Positions 1-9,166 are shown, counted from the first letter of the stretch. The stretch: 32,544 nucleotides of DNA from a virus (IMGVR_UViG_3300006127_000060:1-32544); one strand, 5' to 3'. Numbers and translations are program-made. Notes: generated by a model from the letters alone, not told the origin.

Positions 1-281
1 TTTCCCTTTGTTGTGTTGATTGTAGAAAGGTGAGTCGCATGGGTCTTCAGTTCAGAAAGCAAGAAGATCTTGTCTCTTACTGGAGACGATGCATTGTGGA
101 TTCGGGTCTTCAAGTCAACGATCTTCTGCATCGTGTCTTGGATTTGGGCCCACACGTCGTCGAGGTCGTAGGGTTTTTCAGAACCTACAATGGCTGAGTT
201 GTGTGAATAGATCTTCTGCCACAGCTTGCTTAGACGAGTCGTGAGCTTGTTTTTTTCCTTTAGTGCTTTTGCAATAGTCAT
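1..281 (-). CDS. Hypothetical helical protein, truncated by the window edge (possibly DIP1984-like)
   Basis: Not in the ORF track. Manual translation from ATG at 281 gives MTIAKALKEKNKLTTRLSKLWQKIYSHNSAIVGSEKPYDL..., open to position 1. It starts just after the stop of 284..547. The family resemblance is weak and from memory. Confidence 0.7.
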   Translation of the reverse strand, partial: MTIAKALKEKNKLTTRLSKLWQKIYSHNSAIVGSEKPYDLDDVWAQIQDTMQKIVDLKTRIHNASSPVRDKIFLLSELKTHATHLSTINTTKG

Positions 282-283
282 TT

Positions 284-547
284 TTATATAGATTGTTTGT
301 TTACTACTTCATCATAGTCCTTCCATTCAACTGGGAATTTTCCAAGTTCATCAACCGGCCCAGAACAAAAGCCTAGGATAATTTTGCCGGATTCGTCTTT
401 TCCAATAGCGACAAAACCATAACCCTCACAGATTATTTGGGTATAAGAGTCATTTTCAAGACCTTCAGCGATCTGAAGAATATCAAAATCCGGTTGGAGT
501 CCTTCCGGATCGTGCTTTTCGCACCATTGAGCTGAGAATTCTGCCAT
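284..547 (-). CDS. Hypothetical protein (87 aa)
   Basis: ORF fits the - strand gene array and has a promoter-like motif upstream (564..593). Confidence 0.7.
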   Translation of the reverse strand: MAEFSAQWCEKHDPEGLQPDFDILQIAEGLENDSYTQIICEGYGFVAIGKDESGKIILGFCSGPVDELGKFPVEWKDYDEVVNKQSI

Positions 548-563
548 TTGAATGTTTTAGATT

Positions 564-593
564 ATTATACAAAAGAAGAAGAAACAGTTTCAA
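564..593 (-). promoter_or_regulatory. Putative early/middle promoter TTGAAACT-N15-GTATAAT
   Basis: The - strand reads TTGAAACTGTTTCTTCTTCTTTTGTATAAT. This is a sigma70-like -35/-10 pair, with the same AACT-N15-GTA spacing seen at three other sites. Confidence 0.6.
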
Positions 594-594
594 A

Positions 595-1956
595 TCAGTA
601 GGACTTATTTAGGGCTTTTTTAAGCTCAAGAAGATCGTCTTTGTACATTGTTGCAGGTTCGCGGCGCTTCATCTCCTCTAACTTTGCAGAGGTTGCATCC
701 AGTTCAGCAAGTAACTCTTCGTATTTCTCCTTAGTTAGCGTATGGATAGGCATTCCTAAAAGGTAGTTATAGGATCCGTCAATTTCATCAAATCCCATGA
801 GCTGTAGGGAAGCAATAATGTCCTTTCTGGAAACGTTATTGATCTTTAGTGAGCCTTCGATTATTGATTTAATGAACTTGGCGCGATTAGAGAGAACCTG
901 CAACTCACGTTCAAGCGTTGAAATGATATGGGCCTTGCGTTTTATGTAAAAAGTAAGCCTAAACTTCACGAAATAGTTGATTATTTCGCTGGCAGACTTA
1001 AATACTTTAAGGTTTCCGTTTTCATCAAGCACGGTAAAGTTCTCACTTTGTCTCTCTTCCATTTTAAGGAAACGATTAAGTCTACCCGAATCTTGCAAGG
1101 CTTTAAGATCCTCTCTTCTGAATTTTAGGGTGTAACTCACATTTGCTCGACAGTTATTATCGTAGCTGACGATTCGACGGTCCTCTTCAAGATCGGCAAG
1201 GTGCGCATCGAACTTTTCATAAGTCATCGATGGAGGAAGCTCAGTTATTTCGACAGTTGTCGTGTTCTTTACTTCGTATCTCCCCTTAAATATCCAAGAA
1301 AAGTTGGATTCTGGGACAAGCTCGCAAATTCCCTTAAACTCTTTGTACCATGGTGAAGGTTCCTTGAATGATTTTTCTTCCAGCGATCGTAAACACGCAT
1401 CGATCAGTTCAATAGGATTGCGGTTTAGGATATTTGTTGCAAAACCAACGGCGATTCCACTACCTCCGTTAAGCAGGACGGTCGGTATGATCGGCAGAAA
1501 GTATCTGGGTTCTATTTCTGAACCCTCCTCGTACCTCGATTCAAGCAGATCAAAGTCTTTATATAAGAGTCTAAAGTTAGGGTGTAGCTTAGTCGATATG
1601 TAACGAGCAGCACCAGCTTCAGGGGATCTAAGCGATCCGAACTGGCCGAGCGGTTCGAGCACTGGCATTGAATTCTTAAAGGTCTGAGCCATGCCAGTTA
1701 TTGCGCCGTTCAGTGAACCGTCACCGTGATGGTAGTGAGCATCTGATGCGACCTTACCGGCAAGTTGAAATATCTTGAGAGGTTTCTCATTACCGTTCTT
1801 CCAAACTCGATCTGCAACAAAGATCACCTTTCGTTGAGTCGGCTTAAAGCCATCGATCACTGATGGTATGGCCCTCTCTTCTACTACATAGACCGCATAC
1901 TCGCGATAGTCCTGGTTTAGGTAGTCAGTTACGCTTTTTATTTCAGGTTTATTCAT
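595..1956 (-). CDS. gp52: DNA topoisomerase II, breakage-reunion subunit (T4 gp52 / GyrA-ParC-like)
   Basis: RAIPSVIDGFKPTQRK, YHHGDGSL, catalytic AARY, and LLNGGSGIAVGFAT motifs. At 453 aa it lacks a GyrA C-terminal pinwheel. Confidence 0.95.
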   Translation of the reverse strand: MNKPEIKSVTDYLNQDYREYAVYVVEERAIPSVIDGFKPTQRKVIFVADRVWKNGNEKPLKIFQLAGKVASDAHYHHGDGSLNGAITGMAQTFKNSMPVLEPLGQFGSLRSPEAGAARYISTKLHPNFRLLYKDFDLLESRYEEGSEIEPRYFLPIIPTVLLNGGSGIAVGFATNILNRNPIELIDACLRSLEEKSFKEPSPWYKEFKGICELVPESNFSWIFKGRYEVKNTTTVEITELPPSMTYEKFDAHLADLEEDRRIVSYDNNCRANVSYTLKFRREDLKALQDSGRLNRFLKMEERQSENFTVLDENGNLKVFKSASEIINYFVKFRLTFYIKRKAHIISTLERELQVLSNRAKFIKSIIEGSLKINNVSRKDIIASLQLMGFDEIDGSYNYLLGMPIHTLTKEKYEELLAELDATSAKLEEMKRREPATMYKDDLLELKKALNKSY

Positions 1957-1957
1957 C

Positions 1958-2224
1958 TTATTCTTCTATTAGTTTTTGTATTCCGCCAAAGTGATCCCCT
2001 TCCTTGGCTTCAAGCTTTCCGTCTTTCACAAGCTGATCCTTTGCAAAGTCGATTGAAATGCAGGCAGTGTTCCACTTCCTCTGGTTCCACTGTTCGTTAA
2101 AGGAATTATACCATTTTTCATCGCACATAGTCAACACGGTAAAAGCCTCTTCTACAGCTTCTGGAGTAAGTAGGTTTTCAAGCTTACGCCTAAGAGTTTT
2201 ATTTTTTGATTCTCGAAGTTGCAT
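1958..2224 (-). CDS. Hypothetical protein between the two topoisomerase subunit genes (88 aa)
   Basis: Fills the gap with 1-nt spacing to each neighbour. Confidence 0.7.
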   Translation of the reverse strand: MQLRESKNKTLRRKLENLLTPEAVEEAFTVLTMCDEKWYNSFNEQWNQRKWNTACISIDFAKDQLVKDGKLEAKEGDHFGGIQKLIEE

Positions 2225-2225
2225 A

Positions 2226-4094
2226 TTATATTGGCTGGTTTAAGATTCTTTCTTTACGCGGAGCTGAGTCGTTTCCAAACCAAGCGTCAAGCGACTCTTT
2301 GTAGTCTTTGTCGTTCTTTATCTGGACGACCTTTGGGTTCTTGATTATTTCCTCGTATTCAGCGTCTTCCAAAGCGGCAAGACCCTTTTTGTATTCGATA
2401 TTCCAACCCTTTGCACTGCTTCCTTTTATCCACTTCTCAAACTCGTCGTTTGTGTAAAAATTGAGCGATTCTTTACCCTTCTTTGCGACTACCAATGGGG
2501 TCATCACCTTATAGATTCTACCCTGGTCGAATAGTTCGGGCCAAAACTTATTAAAGAAGTTTATTAAGCTTGCTGCAATGTGGTTTCCATCCGGATCGGC
2601 ATCGGTGTAGATGTAGACTCTACCATAACGTAAGCTGGTCGGTTCTTCGCCTAGCTTTAAGCCAAGTGAAGCCATTAGCTGCACAGCTTCGTCATTTTTG
2701 ATAATCTCAGTAGTCTTCATCTCACTGACGTTGATGAACTTTCCCTTTAGCGGAAATGCTCCAATCGTTTGAGTGTCCCTAAATTTTCTGACGGCTGAGA
2801 TCGCAGAGAGACCCTCGTAAATACCTAGAATGCAGGGTCCACGTTCGCCTTTTTTCTGAGCATCGATCAGCTTTAGGATCTTCGTCTTGTCCAGTCCGGC
2901 ATTGAGCTTACGTAACTCGGCTCTCTCTTGGGCAAGGGCTTTTTTCTCTACCCAATCAAGAACTGAAGCGATTATTTCAGACTTAAATACCTCTTTTATG
3001 ATTTTGTCAGAAAGCGTGTGAGCTGTTCCAAATTCTTTCGGTTCAGTGATGAGCTTTTCTTTGGTCTGGGAGCTAAATGCAGAATTGAATATCGTACAGT
3101 CAATAAAGACTGTGAGGTGATTGCGTATGTCGTTTGGTTTTACCTCAACTTTGTGCTTCTTTTTGATCATCTCCCTCAGCTCAGCAATGAGTTGATTGGT
3201 GATGTACTCTACGTGGGTACCTCCGTCTTTTGTGTGGACTGAGTTTACAAAGCTTACGTTTGCAAAGCCCTTTTCAGAAGTGGCAAATGCAATCTTCCAA
3301 TCCTTTGACTCTTCATAAAAGAAGGAGTTGGTGTATAGCTGCACGTAGTTTTCGAAGCTTTTAAATTTGATGGGACTTTCCCAACCTTGACCGTCGTCTA
3401 TTTTTGAAAACTTGATAGTCAATTTTGTGTTACATGCCGCGACATCAAGACACCTTTTATATAGGATCTTAAATGTTGCGTCATCGATCGAGTCCATCTT
3501 AAACCTAGCAAGATCGGGCTGGTACACAATGTGAGTGAATCCTCTCTTTGATGGAGTTATCTCGGCCTTGCTGCGCTTTAGCATGTTGTTGCTAAATTCC
3601 TGCTCAAACTTATTTGTCCCGTCACAGGTAGCGATCTTGAATTTCTTACTGAAGATGTTAGTTAGAGTAGCACCGACACCATTGGTTCCAGCAACTGTTC
3701 TCTGTTCAGTGTCATCAAAATTGGATCCGGCCTTAAGATTGGAAAAGATCATTTCTGGGATCCATTCCTTGTGGACTTTGTGCTTCTCTACTGGAATTCC
3801 GCCGTTGTCCCACACTGAGATCTCATTCGTATTGAGATTTATTGAGACCCGGATCTCATTTAGCTTTGGATTACGACGGTGCTCGTCAACCGAGTTTGAG
3901 ATGATCTCGTCAAACAGCTTGATGAATCCCGGATTGTAGGTGACTTCTTCAAGCCATACCTTTTCACCGTCATATAGATACTGTTCGCCAGTATGCGGTG
4001 AAGTTGAACCAATATACATGAACGGACGAAGCAACACGTGCTCGATATCCGTCAGTTTCTGGTATTTTTCTTCTATTCCCTTTTGTTTAGCCAT
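2226..4094 (-). CDS. gp39: DNA topoisomerase II, ATPase + TOPRIM subunit (fused gp39+gp60 type)
   Basis: GHKL motifs EIISNSVDE, DNGGIP and GTNGVGA; TOPRIM motifs EGLSA, PLKGK, YTDADPDG and YKKGL. Confidence 0.95.
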   Translation of the reverse strand: MAKQKGIEEKYQKLTDIEHVLLRPFMYIGSTSPHTGEQYLYDGEKVWLEEVTYNPGFIKLFDEIISNSVDEHRRNPKLNEIRVSINLNTNEISVWDNGGIPVEKHKVHKEWIPEMIFSNLKAGSNFDDTEQRTVAGTNGVGATLTNIFSKKFKIATCDGTNKFEQEFSNNMLKRSKAEITPSKRGFTHIVYQPDLARFKMDSIDDATFKILYKRCLDVAACNTKLTIKFSKIDDGQGWESPIKFKSFENYVQLYTNSFFYEESKDWKIAFATSEKGFANVSFVNSVHTKDGGTHVEYITNQLIAELREMIKKKHKVEVKPNDIRNHLTVFIDCTIFNSAFSSQTKEKLITEPKEFGTAHTLSDKIIKEVFKSEIIASVLDWVEKKALAQERAELRKLNAGLDKTKILKLIDAQKKGERGPCILGIYEGLSAISAVRKFRDTQTIGAFPLKGKFINVSEMKTTEIIKNDEAVQLMASLGLKLGEEPTSLRYGRVYIYTDADPDGNHIAASLINFFNKFWPELFDQGRIYKVMTPLVVAKKGKESLNFYTNDEFEKWIKGSSAKGWNIEYKKGLAALEDAEYEEIIKNPKVVQIKNDKDYKESLDAWFGNDSAPRKERILNQPI

Positions 4095-5682
4095 TGCTCT
4101 TTAATGTTTTTACTTTGAGTGCTTCTAAAAAGTAGCGAGGCACTCGGTCTCTGTCTAATAGTTGATCAAAACAAGAATCAAGTATGTAAGTCTCTGCCCA
4201 GTCTTCGTCATTTCTGATAGATCTACCATATGACTGAAGCAGATCAATTAGGGCCTTCCAATTATACCACTCCGGCTTCATTTCAAGACGCTTTTTGATC
4301 TTCTTACTTGTTAGATTGGGAAAAGGCACCTTCATGATCACTTGAAATCTTGAAAAGTCGTCCTTTAAGTCTACTCCATTTATCATCGATGGAGAGACGA
4401 GGACAGTTTCTAAAGTCGAGGTCAAGTGAGTCTCTAAAGACTTTTCTCGAGTGGTTGAATCGTGAAAAATAAGCCGCTTGTCCTTGATCGAGGCTTTTAT
4501 CCAGTTGCTTATCTCGTAGTTTGAAGTGTGAATAATCCCTTTGTACTCAGCATTTTTGCTTAGGATCCGGTTTACGATTGGCACGGCCTTTGCAAAAGTC
4601 TCCTTCTTGCTGTGATACGACATCTTACCAAACTGCAGGTAGATCACCGGTCTCTTTGCTGGATCGAATGGGCACGGTAACGCAAGGTAGGCTGCCTCAT
4701 CAGATTCAATACCCATGATAAAAGAGAAAAGTTCCTTATCAAGTATCGTCCCAGACATAAGTACAACATGATCATAGGTTTCCCAAAACATTTCCTTAAG
4801 GTATAGGTTACCCCATATCGGCTCGACCAGGAGTCGAGTAGCACCATACTGATCAAGATCCTTCTCAAAGGTCCAATTGGTGTCGTAGTTTTTGCGATCC
4901 CTAATGAATCGATTGTACTTACACATCGACTTATCGACGTGATCGGCCTTTTGGACCAGTGCAAGCTTTTTAGATCGCGTTCGGGTTTCTTTGGCCTCGT
5001 CTAAAAGCTCTGCAGCTTTAGATGAAAGCAGAGGAATAATAATTGTTTCTACCCAGGTGGAGAGCTCTTCGATCGATGTGATCGAATCAAGGTCCTTTTC
5101 CATCCAGGGTTGCCATATGTCTAACAGCTTGATGCTGCGCTCAGAAAAAACTGAGGAAATAAAGTCACAGAAAGTTTCTTCAAACGAATGTGCCTCATCT
5201 ATTATCAATAGACGCGAATCTCGCTCTGCCATAAGCTCAGGAGAGTACATCGAATATGAAGTTATTAGGTGGAAGTTAGTGAGGCTTAGAGGGCTCCTGA
5301 TGAAATTACTCTGCGCGATCTTGTGTGAACAGGCATCGCACTTTTTATCGGAAGCTTTGTTTAGGATCTGGGCATCACCGCAACCCATGTTTTGACGACG
5401 ACACCAATAGTTGTTTTTGCCCTTAAGATTTGCAGCAAAACTAAAGTCCCGAACGTACTGGTCCTGTAGAAGCTTGGTGTTGGTCACTATATCGACCTTT
5501 GCTTTTTTGTCGATCTCCTTTCGATACCAATCGGCAATCATGATGGCAGCGTAAGACTTACCGACACCAGTGGGTGCATCGACCATTATGAATTTTTTGT
5601 CAGCTTTTATGGATTCCTTAACGAAAGTGAGGATCTCTTCTTGCTGTGGTCGAGGTGCGAATTCAAGTTTAATTTCTGCCAT
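4087..5682 (-). CDS. DinG/XPD(Rad3)-family SF2 helicase with a probable Fe-S cluster
   Basis: Q motif PRPQQ, Walker A APTGVGKS, DEAH, MSGT, GVDL, KVPFP and QSYGRSIR. Four Cys follow LKGKNNY. Confidence 0.9.
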   Translation of the reverse strand: MAEIKLEFAPRPQQEEILTFVKESIKADKKFIMVDAPTGVGKSYAAIMIADWYRKEIDKKAKVDIVTNTKLLQDQYVRDFSFAANLKGKNNYWCRRQNMGCGDAQILNKASDKKCDACSHKIAQSNFIRSPLSLTNFHLITSYSMYSPELMAERDSRLLIIDEAHSFEETFCDFISSVFSERSIKLLDIWQPWMEKDLDSITSIEELSTWVETIIIPLLSSKAAELLDEAKETRTRSKKLALVQKADHVDKSMCKYNRFIRDRKNYDTNWTFEKDLDQYGATRLLVEPIWGNLYLKEMFWETYDHVVLMSGTILDKELFSFIMGIESDEAAYLALPCPFDPAKRPVIYLQFGKMSYHSKKETFAKAVPIVNRILSKNAEYKGIIHTSNYEISNWIKASIKDKRLIFHDSTTREKSLETHLTSTLETVLVSPSMINGVDLKDDFSRFQVIMKVPFPNLTSKKIKKRLEMKPEWYNWKALIDLLQSYGRSIRNDEDWAETYILDSCFDQLLDRDRVPRYFLEALKVKTLKSNG

Positions 5683-5688
5683 GCTGTA

Positions 5689-5716
5689 ATAATACTAAAT
5701 TAGTCTTAATAGTTTC
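5689..5716 (-). promoter_or_regulatory. Putative promoter GAAACT-N15-GTATTAT, possibly giving a leaderless transcript
   Basis: The - strand reads GAAACTATTAAGACTAATTTAGTATTAT. Only 6 nt lie between the -10-like box and the helicase ATG. Confidence 0.55.
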
Positions 5717-5720
5717 CAGT

Positions 5721-6182
5721 TTAAAGCAGGAGTTCAATTATTTGATCTACTAGAGGCTCAGTAAGACCGATTGTAGGATCACAAGTGATCACTAATTTTG
5801 AGTTTAAATAGGGAAGTATGTCCTTTGTGTTATCGTCGATCACGACGTATTTTTCTACAGCATCACGATCAAGCCAATCAAGGATCTCTTCTCCGCGATA
5901 GTGCAAGACGTCAGTGCAACCTATGACTTTTCCGTGGACTCCATTTGCTTTAAAGATGGCTTTGAGCTGCATCGTATCGTAAGTTAGCCTCCATGAAGAA
6001 GAGACGATGATATTTGCACCAGTGTATGCAGTTATTTCGTTAAGAGCAGCAACTGATTTTGGGTTGAATGCGCGATCAGTGACTCTTTCTGGAATAGACT
6101 TGTTTTGAGCTGCGTAGAATAAGCGGTCGCTTTCTGCAGTTCGCATAACTCCATCTATATCAAGAAATATTACCGGATTCAT
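5721..6182 (-). CDS. HAD-superfamily phosphatase (Swiss Army Knife RNA-repair-like HAD domain)
   Basis: IFLDIDGV (motif I), IVSSSWR (II), RGEEI, and YVVIDD (IV). Confidence 0.85.
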   Translation of the reverse strand: MNPVIFLDIDGVMRTAESDRLFYAAQNKSIPERVTDRAFNPKSVAALNEITAYTGANIIVSSSWRLTYDTMQLKAIFKANGVHGKVIGCTDVLHYRGEEILDWLDRDAVEKYVVIDDNTKDILPYLNSKLVITCDPTIGLTEPLVDQIIELLL

Positions 6183-6441
6183 TCTTTAGTTTCATTCCGT
6201 GCTGACGGTTGAAGTAGAGAAACTCGTTCTCAGCCTCCTTTTTAGTGCTGTTGAAGTTTAGACGATACTCTTCAATGAACCAGTGATTCCACTTACCGAA
6301 ATCAGTGACTGATATTTCATAAGAGTTACGCCAGGTATTGCGCTCAGAATAGAGAACTTCAATGGGAACATTTGCAAACTCAAGCTGTTTACGAAGAGCA
6401 AGCAGCCCAAATTCTTGGTGAGTTAGTTTAGCGACTATCAT
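6160..6441 (-). CDS. Hypothetical protein (93 aa)
   Basis: ATGA-type overlap with the upstream gene; co-oriented with neighbours. Confidence 0.65.
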   Translation of the reverse strand: MIVAKLTHQEFGLLALRKQLEFANVPIEVLYSERNTWRNSYEISVTDFGKWNHWFIEEYRLNFNSTKKEAENEFLYFNRQHGMKLKNESGNIS

Positions 6442-6773
6442 TCTATATCGTCGTAGTTTAGTGATTTTACAAAAGATTCGTTGGTGAACGATTTATATGC
6501 ATCCATCGTTCCCTTAAGACAATAGGTATAGTAGCCATCAGGATCGTCAAATTCTTTAACGATCGTCGCGTGAAATTTGTGATCCACGTCTTCATTTATC
6601 ATGTAGACGTGATCTTTAAATTTGTGTTCATCCTCTGGGAGTATACCTACATAAAAGGTAAGGGTGCCGGTGTACTGTGGTGTCATTTCTTTTTGTTTAA
6701 TAGTTTGTGCAAAGGTATCTATGAAGACACATATTGCAAGAAGCGATAAACATATAAATATTTCTAGTAGCAT
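6438..6773 (-). CDS. Hypothetical protein with a hydrophobic N-terminus (start uncertain)
   Basis: MLLEIFICLSLLAICVFI could be a membrane anchor; MTPQY is an alternative internal start. Confidence 0.6.
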   Translation of the reverse strand: MLLEIFICLSLLAICVFIDTFAQTIKQKEMTPQYTGTLTFYVGILPEDEHKFKDHVYMINEDVDHKFHATIVKEFDDPDGYYTYCLKGTMDAYKSFTNESFVKSLNYDDIE

Positions 6774-6779
6774 ACATGT

Positions 6780-7571
6780 TTATTTATTACTGTTCTTAAG
6801 TTGACTTTGAAAATACCAAAAAGTTCTGCCATTTTGGTCAGTGATTCGAGTATCGGCTATGCCATAACATTTGACCCATTCTGAAAACCTAACTCTGGAC
6901 TCACCAAATGGATTTTGCCAGTCTTTGAGCTGTCCTCCGCCAATAAAATAAGATTCAAGCGGGACCTGCGAACAGAGTTGCAGAATACTGGGATTGGTGA
7001 TCAGTGCTGTGCGTGCCTCCTCAAAAGGATCCTGATTTGCTCTAAACAGGATCTCTGCTCGCAAATAGTTTCCGATACCGTTAAAATACCGCTGATCCAT
7101 GAGTAGCAGGTGAATTGGCTTGCGAAACGCGGATTTGTCGAGGTTATCAACGATATTTTTCATGAACTCAGGGATCTGAGTCAGAGGACACGGTCCACGA
7201 TTTATAGACCAGTCTGCCCACTTCCACTTGGCAAATCGACGAGCGTCCACTAGGCATAGGTAGTTTCCACATAGAGACTTAAATAGAAGGTGAGCGTGCT
7301 TTGGACGAGAGTCTTCAGTGCATAGAGTCCAATATCCGCTCATTCCCATTGAAACTGAAAGGCAGTATTCGTCCTTACCAGAAGTAAGGATCACCTGTAG
7401 TTCCTTGCCTCGGGCTTTTGCCGAAATGCTAAAGATCTGCAAATCACTGGGCTGAACTAGAGAAAGCCTCTTTTCGACAGCTGGCGAGACCAAGATGTGC
7501 TTAAAATCCAAGCCTTTGCACGAGCTTTCTATGTATTCGGCCATGATCTTTATTTCTGCTAATTCTGGCAT
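6780..7571 (-). CDS. nei: Fpg/Nei DNA glycosylase/AP lyase, NEIL1-like with a zincless finger
   Basis: N-terminal PE(L) catalytic motif, RGKEL, GMSG, DARRF, H2TH DQRYFNGIGNYLRAEIL, and C-terminal DQNGRTFWY without a four-Cys zinc finger. Confidence 0.93.
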   Translation of the reverse strand: MPELAEIKIMAEYIESSCKGLDFKHILVSPAVEKRLSLVQPSDLQIFSISAKARGKELQVILTSGKDEYCLSVSMGMSGYWTLCTEDSRPKHAHLLFKSLCGNYLCLVDARRFAKWKWADWSINRGPCPLTQIPEFMKNIVDNLDKSAFRKPIHLLLMDQRYFNGIGNYLRAEILFRANQDPFEEARTALITNPSILQLCSQVPLESYFIGGGQLKDWQNPFGESRVRFSEWVKCYGIADTRITDQNGRTFWYFQSQLKNSNK

Positions 7572-7771
7572 TACTTATCTGTTAGAGTTAGGTAAGTAGA
7601 ATAGGGTATCTGTACCTGTATCATCCATACACCGGCACGTCCCGCCGTATCGACCCATCGAATTGGACTTTTTGCAATTTCTTTGCTTTCAACAATTGAT
7701 TTTTCAATTCGACTAGCAAGCATTGCAAATTGATCAAGATGCTCGGGGTCTACCCATACTGTTACAGTCAT
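7571..7771 (-). CDS. Hypothetical protein (66 aa)
   Basis: TAATG coupling to the glycosylase; first gene of this - strand block. Confidence 0.65.
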   Translation of the reverse strand: MTVTVWVDPEHLDQFAMLASRIEKSIVESKEIAKSPIRWVDTAGRAGVWMIQVQIPYSTYLTLTDK

Positions 7772-7818
7772 TTGCCTATTCTTTTGATCACTATACTAAT
7801 ATTTTCCCTAAGATTAAA

Positions 7819-7826
7819 GATAAATA
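7819..7826 (+). promoter_or_regulatory. Putative late promoter GATAAATA (T4 TATAAATA-like)
   Basis: Lies 19 nt before the first ATG of the + strand module. The same motif precedes 9186, 12429 and 30883. Confidence 0.55.
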
Positions 7827-7845
7827 ATAAAAAAATCTAGGTCAA

Positions 7846-8079
7846 ATGGCAAATCCTGTAATGAATTACAATCAATTCATGTCAGCTTTCAAAAAAGCAG
7901 CAGCTGGTTATAGCGGTAAGGCAGACGTTAAAAACGACGATGCAAAAGGTACAGCTAAAGTTAAGCAAGAGCTTGCAGAAGGTCCAGTTAAGGGTAAAGG
8001 TACTTCACAAATCGACAAGTACACTAAAGAATACCTTGCAACTGTTAAGAACAAGAGCATCGTAGGTAAGAAGAAATAA
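7846..8079 (+). CDS. Small Lys/Ala-rich protein, putative virion internal protein
   Basis: Basic 77-aa ORF after a late-type motif; N-terminal MNYNQFM resembles a capsid-targeting sequence. Confidence 0.7.
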   Translation: MANPVMNYNQFMSAFKKAAAGYSGKADVKNDDAKGTAKVKQELAEGPVKGKGTSQIDKYTKEYLATVKNKSIVGKKK

Positions 8080-8093
8080 TTCTAAAAGCAACT

Positions 8094-8348
8094 ATGAAAA
8101 AAGCAATAATCAGCTTTGAAAAGTTTGCTCTGTATGAAAAGAAGGGTGATCTTAAGAAGTTAGTTGGTAAAGACGACGATGATGAACTCACGGTAAATGA
8201 TGCGAAGAAGCTTGGAGTCAAGATCGCAAACATGGAAGGTGAGGACAAAAAGAAATACGTCGGTATCGTTAACTTCTTAGGTGCTTCTTGTAACATCTAC
8301 AACGAAATTTGGAAAAACTACAAGCGTACAAGAGATCGTAAGGCATAA
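8094..8348 (+). CDS. Small basic protein, putative virion internal protein
   Basis: N-terminal MKKAIISFEKFALYE; TAATG coupling to the next gene. Confidence 0.7.
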   Translation: MKKAIISFEKFALYEKKGDLKKLVGKDDDDELTVNDAKKLGVKIANMEGEDKKKYVGIVNFLGASCNIYNEIWKNYKRTRDRKA

Positions 8349-9166
8349 TGTTCAAACTTTTTGAGAAATATGGAGACGAGGCTAGTGCAAAAGACGGAGG
8401 ATTCGTCTTCCAAGCAATAATCAGCCATGATGTAAAGTGGGAGATCGTTAACGGAGAGACAAGTATTGATCCAAAAACGATAAATTCTATTTTGCACCAG
8501 GTTGACGTGTTTCCAGACATTAAGTTTACTGAAGGCAGTGCGACTTCTACCTATGTGATCCTAAGTGAGGTGAATATCCTAAAAAGAAAGTTTGAATTGG
8601 CCAGTGAAGCAATCAAAAAGAGATTGGTTCCTGAATATGCAGCCGAAATGGAAGCTCTTGCAAAGGAGGGTCTAACTTCTGAAAAAAGAAAGGAGGTAAC
8701 ACTCAGACATTTTAAGAATTCTCACTATACTGTGGACCTTACGACGGATCATATCGTGCTTAGGGAAGTTTCAACCAGCGGAATCGATACCGGTCTCCCT
8801 AGAATAACTCTTAAAATCTCTACTGGAATGGTAGACACCCTAAATGGGCAGCCGACAGACACTTGGAAGAAATTTAAAGTGACGGTCGATGGAACTAAGA
8901 GCCTAACTATCGATGGAGTAGGAGAAGACGCAATATCAACTATAAGAGAGTATGATGAGATTGAAAAGGTGAATGAATTAGTATTTAGAACAATAGTTCC
9001 TTCTCTTATACTTGAATTTAAGGGAGATCGAGTCTCAATTGACACTTTATCAAATAGATCAGCTCAAATTGCAGTAGGCGGAACGGTCGATTACGATAAT
9101 ATTTTCTCAACTGAGGACGTCACTAAGGGTCAACAAGCGCCTACTACAAAAACAACAAATAAATAA
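8348..9166 (+). CDS. Hypothetical protein, probably structural (272 aa)
   Basis: Long ORF in the late module directly upstream of the tail tube gene. Confidence 0.75.
   Translation: MFKLFEKYGDEASAKDGGFVFQAIISHDVKWEIVNGETSIDPKTINSILHQVDVFPDIKFTEGSATSTYVILSEVNILKRKFELASEAIKKRLVPEYAAEMEALAKEGLTSEKRKEVTLRHFKNSHYTVDLTTDHIVLREVSTSGIDTGLPRITLKISTGMVDTLNGQPTDTWKKFKVTVDGTKSLTIDGVGEDAISTIREYDEIEKVNELVFRTIVPSLILEFKGDRVSIDTLSNRSAQIAVGGTVDYDNIFSTEDVTKGQQAPTTKTTNK
9158..9165 (+). promoter_or_regulatory. Putative late promoter AATAAATA
   Basis: Lies 20 nt upstream of the tail tube ATG. Confidence 0.45.

Noticed and set aside
2226-4094. T4 gene 60-style ribosomal bypass or split large topoisomerase subunit
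   Set aside because: The ATPase and TOPRIM domains are in one uninterrupted ORF.
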